Of a stretch of DNA of 64,000 bases, positions 34,701 to 43,459 are shown piece by piece. The notes beneath the pieces were generated by a model. The model saw only the letters and a program-made list of their open reading frames with translations. It was not told where the DNA came from and did not search any database. The stretch's first letter is position 1; each line of letters opens with the position of its first letter. Made by a program: the position numbers and the translations under genes. The DNA lies in NCBI GenBank assembly GCA_039025835.1, contig JBCCNM010000002.1, positions 116 through 64,115 of the forward strand, read 5' to 3'. The DNA comes from Pseudomonadota bacterium (GTDB lineage: Bacteria > Pseudomonadota > Gammaproteobacteria > Steroidobacterales > Woeseiaceae).

Positions 34701-35579
34701 TCAGGCCGCGTCCCTGGCCTTTAATGCCTGGCTGGAAAAACGACTCGCCTCCTTGGCGATCAGACCCAGCAGACGGGGCCTGCCTGGGCAGGCCGGTACC
34801 GTGTCGAGAATGCATTCAATCATCTGCTCAAGACGACCGGATGCACCGTCTGCACCCCACTCGTCCACGGCGTTGGTGCGCTCAAGCACCTGGTCCTGCC
34901 CAACCGGTTTGCCAATTGATTCCACACTGCCGAAATGATCGAGCAGGTCATCGGCAACCTGGTAAGCACCACCAATGGCCTCGCCGAGGGTTCGCCACGG
35001 TTCATGCGGTGCGCCGGCAGCTGCGGCACCCGCCATCGTGGCGGCAGCAAACAACACACCGGTCTTGCCACGCTGGTATTCCTTGAAACTGCGCGTCGGC
35101 TCACACTCCCATGCCTGACCGGCAACTATGCCGTCCGGTGCGCCAACGGCACTGCTGACAATTCCCATCAAGGTCGCCACACGACGAGGCGCATGCAGAC
35201 CGCGCGAGGCCAGCACCTGGAATGCCTGCACGATCAGCGCGTCACCACACAGCAGGGCCAGCGGCTCACCAAACGCCACATGTACAGCCGGTTTACCCCG
35301 GCGCGTATCCGCATTGTCGAAGCACGGCATATCATCGTGGACGAGTGACGCACAGTGCAGGAGCTCGATACTTGCAAGCGCCGCATTAACAACGTCAGAG
35401 TCCGCCGTTTCGTAAGCGTTAGCGACCGCCAGACACAAGCGCGGGCGAATGCGATGGCCACCCGGGAAGACGGCGTATTGCATGGCCTCGGCGAGACCGC
35501 CGGGGCACGCACTGCCACGCGTTGCGGCCAACGCTTCCTCGAGAGCCGAATTGATTCGGGCATCAATCGCCATGCGCAT
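34701..35579 (-). CDS. crtE: geranylgeranyl diphosphate synthase
   Basis: 292 aa polyprenyl synthase. First Asp-rich motif LVHDDMPCFDNADTRRGKP, second YQVADDLLD. PGC context. Confidence 0.9.
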   Translation of the reverse strand: MRMAIDARINSALEEALAATRGSACPGGLAEAMQYAVFPGGHRIRPRLCLAVANAYETADSDVVNAALASIELLHCASLVHDDMPCFDNADTRRGKPAVHVAFGEPLALLCGDALIVQAFQVLASRGLHAPRRVATLMGIVSSAVGAPDGIVAGQAWECEPTRSFKEYQRGKTGVLFAAATMAGAAAAGAPHEPWRTLGEAIGGAYQVADDLLDHFGSVESIGKPVGQDQVLERTNAVDEWGADGASGRLEQMIECILDTVPACPGRPRLLGLIAKEASRFSSQALKARDAA

Positions 35580-35619
35580 CCTTCATCCGAATGTGTAAAT
35601 TCAGATTGTCACTTTTTAA

Positions 35620-35702
35620 TGTAATTTACAATAGACAGTGGCAACCTGTCAGTCAATTTGGACACAGATCCCAGGCTGACCAACTGTGAAACGTTTTGCA
35701 CA
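35620..35702. promoter_or_regulatory. cluster of three perfect PpsR/CrtJ palindromes (TGT-N12-ACA) in the crtE/crtC divergent promoter region
   Basis: TGTaatttacaatagACA 35620-35637; TGTcagtcaatttggACA 35647-35664; TGTgaaacgttttgcACA 35685-35702. The last overlaps the putative crtC GTG. Confidence 0.65.
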
Positions 35703-36630
35703 AGGAGCGTCAGAACGTGCGGCGCCGCGATTCGACGTCGACGTGCCGGAAAACGGCTACCGATGGTGGTACGTCGACGGGGTGTCGAGCGACGGACGTC
35801 ATGGCATTGTGATCATTGCGTTTGTCGGCAGTGTTTTTTCGCCGTACTACTTCAGGGCCCGGCAGGGAACCCGAATTGCGCCCGAGGAACACTGTGCAAT
35901 CAATGTCGCGCTGTACGACAAGCGCGTCGGTCGCTGGTGCATGACCGAGCACAGCGCCGCCTCGCTCGACCGCGGTGCCGACTCTTTTGCCGTTGCGAAA
36001 AGTCATCTTCGCTGGGACGGTGATGCGCTGCACGTTACGATCCACGAACGCTCCGTGCCCTGGCTGCGGCGAGTCTCCGGAGAAGTCATTCTCCGCCCCA
36101 GGACGGTCAACCATCGCTGCTTCACTCCCGACAGCAATGCCCGTCATGTCTGGCAACCGATCGCACCTGTTGCTGACATTGAGGTGTCCATGTCGTCGCC
36201 TGCCTGGCAATGGTCTGGCAGCGGTTACTTCGACACCAATGGCGGCAGCGAGCCGCTGGAAGCCGGGTTCCGTCGATGGAGCTGGAGTCGCGGTGCAAGC
36301 GACACAGACTGCAGGATCGTCTACGCCGTCGAGCAGCGTGACGGAAAGCAGCGTTTCACGTCTCTGCGTTTTGACGATGCCGGTGGCGTCAAGGAAGAGG
36401 AATTACCACCACGCATCGATCTTGAACACGGGCTCTGGCGCGTCACGCGGCACGCCTACGCTGACCGCTGGCCGAACGCCGTTAACGATCTGGAAGACAC
36501 GCCGTTTTATACGCGCTCACTGATCGATTACGGCGAGCGGCACGACATGCATGAATTCCTTGACCTGGATCGGTTTCAATCGAACTGGGTGCGGCTGCTG
36601 CTGCCGTTTCGAATGCCTCGACGACGCTGA
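35686..36630 (+). CDS. crtC: acyclic carotenoid 1,2-hydratase (hydroxyneurosporene synthase)
   Basis: 314 aa. ..RFDVDVPENGYRWWYVDGVSSDGRHGIVIIAFVGSVFSPYYF.. is the conserved CrtC N-terminal block. GTG start uncertain. Confidence 0.88.
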   Translation: MKRFAQGASERAAPRFDVDVPENGYRWWYVDGVSSDGRHGIVIIAFVGSVFSPYYFRARQGTRIAPEEHCAINVALYDKRVGRWCMTEHSAASLDRGADSFAVAKSHLRWDGDALHVTIHERSVPWLRRVSGEVILRPRTVNHRCFTPDSNARHVWQPIAPVADIEVSMSSPAWQWSGSGYFDTNGGSEPLEAGFRRWSWSRGASDTDCRIVYAVEQRDGKQRFTSLRFDDAGGVKEEELPPRIDLEHGLWRVTRHAYADRWPNAVNDLEDTPFYTRSLIDYGERHDMHEFLDLDRFQSNWVRLLLPFRMPRRR

Positions 36631-36672
36631 GCTGCCGCGGACGACCAGCAACTCACCCGGGCCGACCGCCGA

Positions 36673-36801
36673 CTAGTCGTCGCCTTCCCCGTTTGACCTG
36701 TTGTCTTCGTCGATTTCCCGATTGACGCTGTAGAGCTGCCAAAGCAGAAACACCAACAGCGGACCGCTAAAGGCGACAGCCTTGAGAAAGCCGATCTCCA
36801 T
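36673..36801 (-). CDS. unannotated 42-aa single-TM ORF translationally coupled to crtB
   Basis: Below the track's size cut-off. TGAcATG junction with crtB, AGGA 6 nt upstream. Product is MEIGFLKAVAFSGPLLVFLLWQLYSVNREIDEDNRSNGEGDD. G/C at about three quarters of third positions, by my hand count. Confidence 0.4.
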   Translation of the reverse strand: MEIGFLKAVAFSGPLLVFLLWQLYSVNREIDEDNRSNGEGDD

Positions 36802-36802
36802 G

Positions 36803-37747
36803 TCAGGTCCTGGCTACCGCATCAAGCAGAAAGACCGTTTCCTTCAGAGGCGGCGCATGATCGTGCTGATAGCGCCGAAAGGCGTTTCGAGTAGCCGACG
36901 CTAGCAGAGCCGCTTTGCGACGTTTACCCACATAAGCACGCATCGTCACTGAGTCGTAGGCATTCTGTTCGACCTTGCGACCGATCTCGGCATAGATCGC
37001 ACGCGCCGCGAAGATACCGGGGCGAACACTGACCGGCAGCTTGCTGATACCCCATTCGGAACGTCGATAGTGACGATCAGCAATACCCAGCAATTCGGAC
37101 AAGGTACGAGTTACGGGCAGGCACGGCACCGGTCTGGCGGTCCAGCGAGCAATGTCCAGTCGATTCTCGTCCAGCAGTTCGCGCGGCAGATACAGGCGGC
37201 CGTTGCGCGCATCTTCACCCACGTCGCGCGCAATGTTAGTGATCTGCATCGCGACGCCAAGATCGCAGGCACGGCTGATCGTGTCGGTTTTGCGCACGCC
37301 CATCAGCAACGCCATCATGATGCCCACGGTGCCGGCCACGCGGGTGCAATAGGCATACAGGTCGGACAAGGTGTGATACTCGCGCCCCTCGACGTCCCAC
37401 TCGAACCCCTCGATCAGGGCTGCAGGCAGTTCATACGGTATCCGGTAGTCGTGCACGACCTCAGTGAACGCGCGATCGACCGGTGAGTCGATCGGCTCTC
37501 CACGATAGATACGTTCAAGACGATCTCGAATCTCGGCAAGCCCCTGCGCCGGAACCTCCGCAAGATCCACGGCATCGTCAGCCTCCCGGCAAAAAGCGTA
37601 CAGCGCTGTGATCGGTTCGCAATAATCATCCGGTAGCAACAGCGACGCCGCGTAAAACGAATGCGAGCCATGTTTGAGTATGCGTCGGCAGTCCGATCGG
37701 TCCGCATCTCTGGCGAGCACAGATTTCAGACTTTTTACGTAGCTCAT
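36803..37747 (-). CDS. crtB: phytoene synthase
   Basis: Squalene/phytoene synthase motifs ..ALYAFCREADDAVD.., ..GTVGIMMALLMG.. and ..ITNIARDVGEDARNGRLYLP... ATG 37747 (GGGGGAA SD) is preferred over the track start at 37795. Confidence 0.9.
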   Translation of the reverse strand: MSYVKSLKSVLARDADRSDCRRILKHGSHSFYAASLLLPDDYCEPITALYAFCREADDAVDLAEVPAQGLAEIRDRLERIYRGEPIDSPVDRAFTEVVHDYRIPYELPAALIEGFEWDVEGREYHTLSDLYAYCTRVAGTVGIMMALLMGVRKTDTISRACDLGVAMQITNIARDVGEDARNGRLYLPRELLDENRLDIARWTARPVPCLPVTRTLSELLGIADRHYRRSEWGISKLPVSVRPGIFAARAIYAEIGRKVEQNAYDSVTMRAYVGKRRKAALLASATRNAFRRYQHDHAPPLKETVFLLDAVART

Positions 37748-37969
37748 GATTCCCCCGTTTGTTGGTCTTCGGAGTGTTTTTGAGGCGGTTTGCATGCACC
37801 TGTTTGCGCCGCGATAGTCGCAAGCGATTCGCTGACACTCTTATCAGGCAAACAACGGACATCAACAATGCGACCAATCGAATGCCCCGCACGTGGCCCG
37901 GCGCAGCCGATGTCACCGTCGGCGACTGTCATTGGCAACCACCCCGCGATAGCCGACCCTGCATGACAC

Positions 37970-38881
37970 TCATGCTGTGCCTCGCGCGTTTTGACGGATG
38001 AGTCCGGCGATAATCTCCGGAGACTCCTCGTGAGCGAGGTGCCCGAGACCGTCGAGTCGATGGATGACCAGCGACGGCATGACGCGCTGAATCTTGTCCG
38101 CCTCCTGCGGACTGATCGCCTTGTCTTCGGTGCCGACCAGCAGAGTCAGTGGCGACTCGAGTTCGGGCAATCGCTTAACCAGCGGCTGCAAATCCCACGA
38201 CGCCATCATTTCGAGCACGGCCGCGAGATGCGGTTCCGCCTGGAACAATCGCTGGTAGAACGACAGCCCGTCAGCATCCAGTGTTGAACCGGTGCCCTTC
38301 AGCACACGCAGAACCGCCTTCGGATCCTTGGCACGGCGTGCCAGCAATCTCGGCATCAGCCGCGTCGTGGCAAAAAACTGTGCCATCGGCGAGAAAAGGC
38401 TTTGCATCGCGCCGCCAAATGGCAAGAGTGCCGCGTTGATTCCACACAGCGTCGCAGCGTTGACGCCGCGATTCAGAGTCAGGTCCAGCGCGATTGCCGC
38501 ACCCGCTGAGTGGCCAACGATATGCGCAGGCTCGATATCCAGTGTGTCCAACAGATCGGCAAGCGCCGAGGACAGGCTGGAAAGCGTCATCGAGCTGGAC
38601 GGCAGGCGTTCGGTGAAGGCGTGGCCCGGCAGATCCACCGCGATAACGTCAAAGTGTTCAGCCAGTGGCGGAATCAGGTCACGCCAGGTGTGGGTCGACG
38701 CGGCCGTGCCGTGGATCAGCAGCATGACGGGACCTTGCCCCGTGCGCTGCACGTGCCAGCGGCAGCCAGACGACATCACAAACCGACTGCTCATCCGATG
38801 CGGCCAGTCTGCCGGCAGGAACGGTGCGTCAGACGGTTCGTCCGCATGTTCATGATGCGCAGAAAAGACCAGCGTCATCAT
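37970..38881 (-). CDS. bchO: magnesium chelatase accessory protein (alpha/beta hydrolase)
   Basis: 303 aa alpha/beta hydrolase (VMLLIHGTAAS, GHSAGAAIAL) immediately downstream of bchI-bchD. It overlaps bchD by 4 nt. Confidence 0.8.
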   Translation of the reverse strand: MMTLVFSAHHEHADEPSDAPFLPADWPHRMSSRFVMSSGCRWHVQRTGQGPVMLLIHGTAASTHTWRDLIPPLAEHFDVIAVDLPGHAFTERLPSSSMTLSSLSSALADLLDTLDIEPAHIVGHSAGAAIALDLTLNRGVNAATLCGINAALLPFGGAMQSLFSPMAQFFATTRLMPRLLARRAKDPKAVLRVLKGTGSTLDADGLSFYQRLFQAEPHLAAVLEMMASWDLQPLVKRLPELESPLTLLVGTEDKAISPQEADKIQRVMPSLVIHRLDGLGHLAHEESPEIIAGLIRQNARGTA

Positions 38882-40602
38882 GCCGCAATCGCTCGCTGAA
38901 CCGTTCGCGAAATTCGCCCGGCATCGGCCTGCGGCAGCGCGATATACGTTGCACCCATCTCGTCTGCCAGGCTACGCGCCCTCGGTTTGGGTCGGCGTGA
39001 GGTGTCGACCAGCAGTGACTCGATACCGTCGATCCGGAACAGCCGCGCCGATGCACGTGCGTCGTGTTCCGCCTGTTCGGCGCCGGGCGAGCCGTCACGC
39101 GCGATATTGGCGCGACCGTCTGTCATGAGTACAACAGCGGGTACGCGCCCGAGTCGTTTGAGGCTGAGCGCCATATGTCGCGCCGCATCCAGTCCAGCCG
39201 CCAGCGGCGTTCCACCGCCACCCGGCAACGCGCTCAGCGATTTTTTGACGCGCGCCAGTGCGCGGGTCGGTTCCAGCAGCACCTCCGCACCGTCCTTGCG
39301 AAACGCGATCAGCGCAACCTGGTCACGACGCACGTAGCAATCGTTCAGCAACAGTTCGATCGCGCCCTTGACCTCCGCCAGCCGCTGCGCAGCCTGCGAA
39401 CCCGACGCGTCAACGACAAAGATGGTGGTCGTCTCGACCCGGTCTTCGTATCGATTGATGTGCAGGTCTTCCGGACGCAGTCGCAGTCTGTGAATGTCGG
39501 AGTCCCCGCGACGGACGGCTTGCCAAGGTGCCGCGGCTTTCAAAGTCGCGAGAATACTGAGACGCGCTCCACGAGGACGTTGTTCCGCGATCACACCGAT
39601 CGGCCGTCCGCGCAAACGACTCTTCGAACTCGGGCCACCACGTCCACCGCTGGCTTTACTCGCGCCGCTGGCCGACAGCGCCAGCTGCTCCAGCAGCTTG
39701 TCCGGGAGTGTTGCGAGGACTGCGTCCACAAGCACATCCTCTGGCATTTCGCGCGTGCCGGTGTTTTCTGCAGTGTCCGCTTCCTGCTCGTCCTGCGGCG
39801 TATCGACGGGCGGCTCCTGCGGTGGCTGCGGCAGTCGCGTCGCTCGCTGAGGCAGGACCAGTCGCACCGCCAGCTCAGCCTGTTCATCACTCACCGAACG
39901 TCGACCGCTGAGAGCAGCGGCCGTGCGCGCTGCCGCGAGCATGAAGAGCTCGGCACGCAGTGATGAGACGCCAAACGCGGCCGCGGTCTGGCTGAACTGC
40001 TCGATCAGTGAGTCTCGTACACGCACAGACCCGAGTCGACCCGCAGCGCGCTGGACGTCGCTGATTCGCCATTGCTCAAGCTCGGACATATCGGGTGACT
40101 GCTGCAACTGCACGCGAAACGCCAGTCGCTCGGCAAGACCGTCGGGCAAACACTCGTCGGGTTCCAGGCCTTCGTCGAGTGCGATCACGCTGAAGCGCGT
40201 GTCGCATTCACGACGGCTGCCGTCGCGCTCCACACGCAGGCGGCCCGAATCCATGACCTCCGAAATTACTGACGCGGTCAGTGCGCGCAAACGCTCGGCC
40301 ATCGCCAGAAGGACCACGCCGCCATTAGCAGACTCGAGTACACCGGTCGCATAAACCGGGCGGCCAGCCGCGATCGTTGCCGCAAAATCGAGACCGCCGA
40401 GCAATCGATCATCAGCGATACTCACCGGTAGCTTGAGCCAGGGCCGGTTTACATCCAGCAGCCCCCGGTAGCCGTCGAGCCAGCAGTCGCGCCAGGGACC
40501 GGGTAAGCCGTTGAGAATCACGCCACCGAGCGCCGCGGGATTCGCTGCCAGTAGCAGCGCGGCTGCGGCAGCATCATCCTGCGGCAGCGCACGCGCAATC
40601 AT
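38878..40602 (-). CDS. bchD: magnesium chelatase subunit D
   Basis: 574 aa: degenerate AAA+ N-terminal domain, acidic/Pro-rich linker (PQPPQEPPVDTPQDEQEAD), C-terminal vWA domain (TTIFVVDASGS). Confidence 0.93.
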   Translation of the reverse strand: MIARALPQDDAAAAALLLAANPAALGGVILNGLPGPWRDCWLDGYRGLLDVNRPWLKLPVSIADDRLLGGLDFAATIAAGRPVYATGVLESANGGVVLLAMAERLRALTASVISEVMDSGRLRVERDGSRRECDTRFSVIALDEGLEPDECLPDGLAERLAFRVQLQQSPDMSELEQWRISDVQRAAGRLGSVRVRDSLIEQFSQTAAAFGVSSLRAELFMLAAARTAAALSGRRSVSDEQAELAVRLVLPQRATRLPQPPQEPPVDTPQDEQEADTAENTGTREMPEDVLVDAVLATLPDKLLEQLALSASGASKASGGRGGPSSKSRLRGRPIGVIAEQRPRGARLSILATLKAAAPWQAVRRGDSDIHRLRLRPEDLHINRYEDRVETTTIFVVDASGSQAAQRLAEVKGAIELLLNDCYVRRDQVALIAFRKDGAEVLLEPTRALARVKKSLSALPGGGGTPLAAGLDAARHMALSLKRLGRVPAVVLMTDGRANIARDGSPGAEQAEHDARASARLFRIDGIESLLVDTSRRPKPRARSLADEMGATYIALPQADAGRISRTVQRAIAA

Positions 40603-41603
40603 TCGGTCAGCACCTCGTCGAGGACTCGATCGACACGAACACCGGCGCTGGACTCATCCAGCGGATTGCGCCGCAGGCGATGCCCCAGTGCTGATGGCGC
40701 CGAGCGGCGCAGATGGTCCATGGTCACGTCGCTGGTGCCGTCGAGAGCGGCAAGCGCACGCGACGCACGCAGCAGCGTCAGTTCGCCACGCGAGCCGTCC
40801 GTTTCCAGCGCAATGCAGATTTCTGCCACCTTGGCGAGAATCGCGTCCGACACAACGATGTCATCGATAATCTCTCGGGCAGCGACAATTCGCCGCCGCA
40901 GGGCCCCGTCCTTGCGCGACCATTTTTTACCAAAGCCCTTGCGATCGGACTCGTAGCTGTCGCGTCGCTTGATCACTTCCACGCGTTGTTTGATGTCGAC
41001 CGGCGTACGCACATCCACTGTCAGTCCAAATCGATCGAGTAGCTGCGGCCGCAGTTCACCTTCCTCGGGATTGCCACTGCCGACGAGGACGAAGCGCGAC
41101 GGATGTCGAACGCTCAAACCCTCACGCTCCACGACGTTTTCACCAGACGCCGCGACGTCCAGCAACAGGTCGACGATGTGGTCTTCCAGCAGGTTGACTT
41201 CATCGATGTACAGAAAGCCGCGGTTGGCACGTGCCAGCAATCCGGGCTCGAAGGCTTTCTCACCGTGCACGAGGGCCTTCTCGATATCCAGCGCACCCAC
41301 GACGCGGTCCTCTGTTACGCCCAACGGCAAGTCCACCACCGGGACGGGTACCAGTCGATCGAGACGCTTGCCATTAACAGCAACGTCGGCGAGTTCTTCA
41401 CAGGCCTCCAGTTCACGATTGTAAGGATCGTCGCGAACCGCACGCATCTTTGGCAACAGGCTTGCCAGCGCACGAATCGCCGTCGACTTGCCGGTGCCAC
41501 GATCACCAAACAGCAAGACGCCGCCGACACTCTGATCGACCGCTGCGATCATCAGTGCCTGCTTCATATCGTCCTGACCGACGATGGCAGAAAAAGGAAA
41601 CAT
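40599..41603 (-). CDS. bchI: magnesium chelatase ATPase subunit I
   Basis: 334 aa. FPFSAIVGQDDMKQALMIAAVDQSVGGVLLFGDRGTGKST (Walker A) and FLYIDEVNLLEDH (Walker B). Confidence 0.96.
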   Translation of the reverse strand: MFPFSAIVGQDDMKQALMIAAVDQSVGGVLLFGDRGTGKSTAIRALASLLPKMRAVRDDPYNRELEACEELADVAVNGKRLDRLVPVPVVDLPLGVTEDRVVGALDIEKALVHGEKAFEPGLLARANRGFLYIDEVNLLEDHIVDLLLDVAASGENVVEREGLSVRHPSRFVLVGSGNPEEGELRPQLLDRFGLTVDVRTPVDIKQRVEVIKRRDSYESDRKGFGKKWSRKDGALRRRIVAAREIIDDIVVSDAILAKVAEICIALETDGSRGELTLLRASRALAALDGTSDVTMDHLRRSAPSALGHRLRRNPLDESSAGVRVDRVLDEVLTE

Positions 41604-41612
41604 CAGAAAACG

Positions 41613-42392
41613 TTATTGGGCGGCCGGACCGCCTCCTCCCCTGAAACGCATTGCGGGTCGCCACAACACGTCGTCTTTCACCCGCGCGACCAGGAACCAA
41701 TGCTCGAGCAACGCCAGCGCGAGCAACGTTGCGAGCAACGTGTAGCCAGTTCGCAGAGCGACGTTGTCGCCTGCCTGAACGGCAATTACAGCGAGAACCG
41801 CCAGCCCAGCTGTTGATAAGACGATGGACACCGGCCACAAGCCGTTGGAGGACGAGCGCCCGACAAAACTCTTCAGGTATTTCAGATGATCCGGCCAGAA
41901 TTCCTCGTGCAGGTTTCGTACACCGAGAAAAATATTCAACTTCGCACTCCAGCGCATAAGCCAGAGAATTGCGAATGTCAGAAGGCCAACCTTGTTCGGC
42001 GCATTCCAGGTTATCGCAGCAACAACTGCGACCGTCGAGACGACAGCGATCTCATGATAGAAGCAGGCTTTGACGCCGAGTATGAATCGCTGCCAGTTAC
42101 TGGAATCCGGTGGACAGGCCTCCGGTCTGGGGCCGTTGATAAACCCGAACAAATAAGACACCTCGTGCCATCCCCAGATCGCCAGCGCACCGAAGAATGC
42201 CAGATACGCACCTCCCGTGGTGAGCGAATATCGGCTGTCGAGGATGGCGTAGATGCCGAGCACGGCCACCAAGCTCGCGCCCAGCAACGTCGCCACGAAC
42301 GACTGTCGCGGCAATCCTGCCCGGTAGATGATCACTACGGTGCTCAGCCACCAGGCAAAAATCGCGAAGCCGATTGGCAGAAGGTAATCCAC
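41613..42392 (-). CDS. puhE: photosynthetic complex assembly protein PuhE (DUF3623)
   Basis: 259-aa polytopic membrane protein directly downstream of acsF. Trp-rich helices (WWLSTVVIIY.., WGWHEVSYLFG..) are typical of PuhE. Confidence 0.8.
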   Translation of the reverse strand: MDYLLPIGFAIFAWWLSTVVIIYRAGLPRQSFVATLLGASLVAVLGIYAILDSRYSLTTGGAYLAFFGALAIWGWHEVSYLFGFINGPRPEACPPDSSNWQRFILGVKACFYHEIAVVSTVAVVAAITWNAPNKVGLLTFAILWLMRWSAKLNIFLGVRNLHEEFWPDHLKYLKSFVGRSSSNGLWPVSIVLSTAGLAVLAVIAVQAGDNVALRTGYTLLATLLALALLEHWFLVARVKDDVLWRPAMRFRGGGGPAAQ

Positions 42393-42394
42393 AA

Positions 42395-43459
42395 TTACCA
42401 GATCGGCGCCAGTCGAACGTTTCTCGGCAGCTCGTGCCTGACGACAGGCAACAGGTACAGTCGGGCAAACACCAACGCACCCCTGGCATTCAGACCAACT
42501 CGACGGATCGCGCCGACGAGTCCACCGCGCTGTTTTGCAGCTTCAAGGCGCGTATTGATCTCAACCAGCGTGTCCATGCCATCCCAAAACCTCGCGTCAT
42601 CGAGATTCAGTGATACCGGGAAGATCTGCTGGCTGATTTCCGACGTGAGACGGATGACCTGCTTGTCATAGTCAGTCGGATCGAAGCCCAGCGCCTCATT
42701 CATGGCCGGCCGGGTGTGATCTCGCACGTACATGGTCGCAAATACCGCAAGCAGGAAGAACCGGATCCACAACACGTTATGGCCTTTCAACAGATGCGGG
42801 TTCGCCTTGAGTATCAGGGCGAACACTTCACCGTGGCGGAACTCGTCGTTACACCAGTCCTGAAACCAGCGGAAGATCGGATGGAATCGTCTTTCCGGGT
42901 AGCGCTCGAGGTGTCGATAAATCGTGATGTATCTCGCGTAGCCGATCTTTTCGGACAGATAGGTCGCGTAGAAGATGTATTTCGGCTTGAAGTAGGTGTA
43001 CTTCTTTGCCTTGCGCAGGAAACCAAGATTGACCGGCACGCCAAAGTCCTTCAGGGACTGGTTGATAAAACCGGCGTGTCGAGACTCATCGCGCGCCATG
43101 AATCCCATGACCTCACGAATATCCTCGTTTTCAACTGCCTTCTTGATGTCTGCATACAGCACGTGACCGGAATATTCCGACGTCGCCGACGACACCAGAA
43201 AGTCGATGAACTCTTTGTGCAGCTCCGGTGACAAGTTTTGAATCTCGCTCTCGAATGTCTCATCACGTTTAAAGTGGCTCTGGTTGGTATCGTCACGAAA
43301 TTCGCTCATGAGGTCTTCCCACTCGCCACGAATCGGTGCCATATCGAGCCTGTCCATGGCCTCGAAATCTGTCGTGTAGAAGCGGGGCGTCAACATCGTT
43401 TCCGTGCGCGCCTGGGTCGTTGAATCGTTATCGCGCGTGTTTGTTGCGGTCTCCGTCAT
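42395..43459 (-). CDS. acsF: aerobic Mg-protoporphyrin IX monomethyl ester oxidative cyclase
   Basis: 354 aa di-iron protein with two ExxH motifs (DESRHAGF, DEFRHGEVF). The conserved TPRFYTTDF N-terminal block is present. Confidence 0.95.
   Translation of the reverse strand: MTETATNTRDNDSTTQARTETMLTPRFYTTDFEAMDRLDMAPIRGEWEDLMSEFRDDTNQSHFKRDETFESEIQNLSPELHKEFIDFLVSSATSEYSGHVLYADIKKAVENEDIREVMGFMARDESRHAGFINQSLKDFGVPVNLGFLRKAKKYTYFKPKYIFYATYLSEKIGYARYITIYRHLERYPERRFHPIFRWFQDWCNDEFRHGEVFALILKANPHLLKGHNVLWIRFFLLAVFATMYVRDHTRPAMNEALGFDPTDYDKQVIRLTSEISQQIFPVSLNLDDARFWDGMDTLVEINTRLEAAKQRGGLVGAIRRVGLNARGALVFARLYLLPVVRHELPRNVRLAPIW

Noticed and set aside
35556-35571. TTGAT-N6-ATCAA near the crtE start
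   Set aside because: The spacing is wrong for FNR/CRP-family sites (N4), and it lies inside the crtE coding sequence.
37796-37969. Search for PpsR sites or a terminator in the bchO-crtB gap, including TGTCA-N31-TGACA at about 37928-37968
   Set aside because: There is no TGT-N12-ACA match. The long-spaced dyad does not fit any binding-site model I know.
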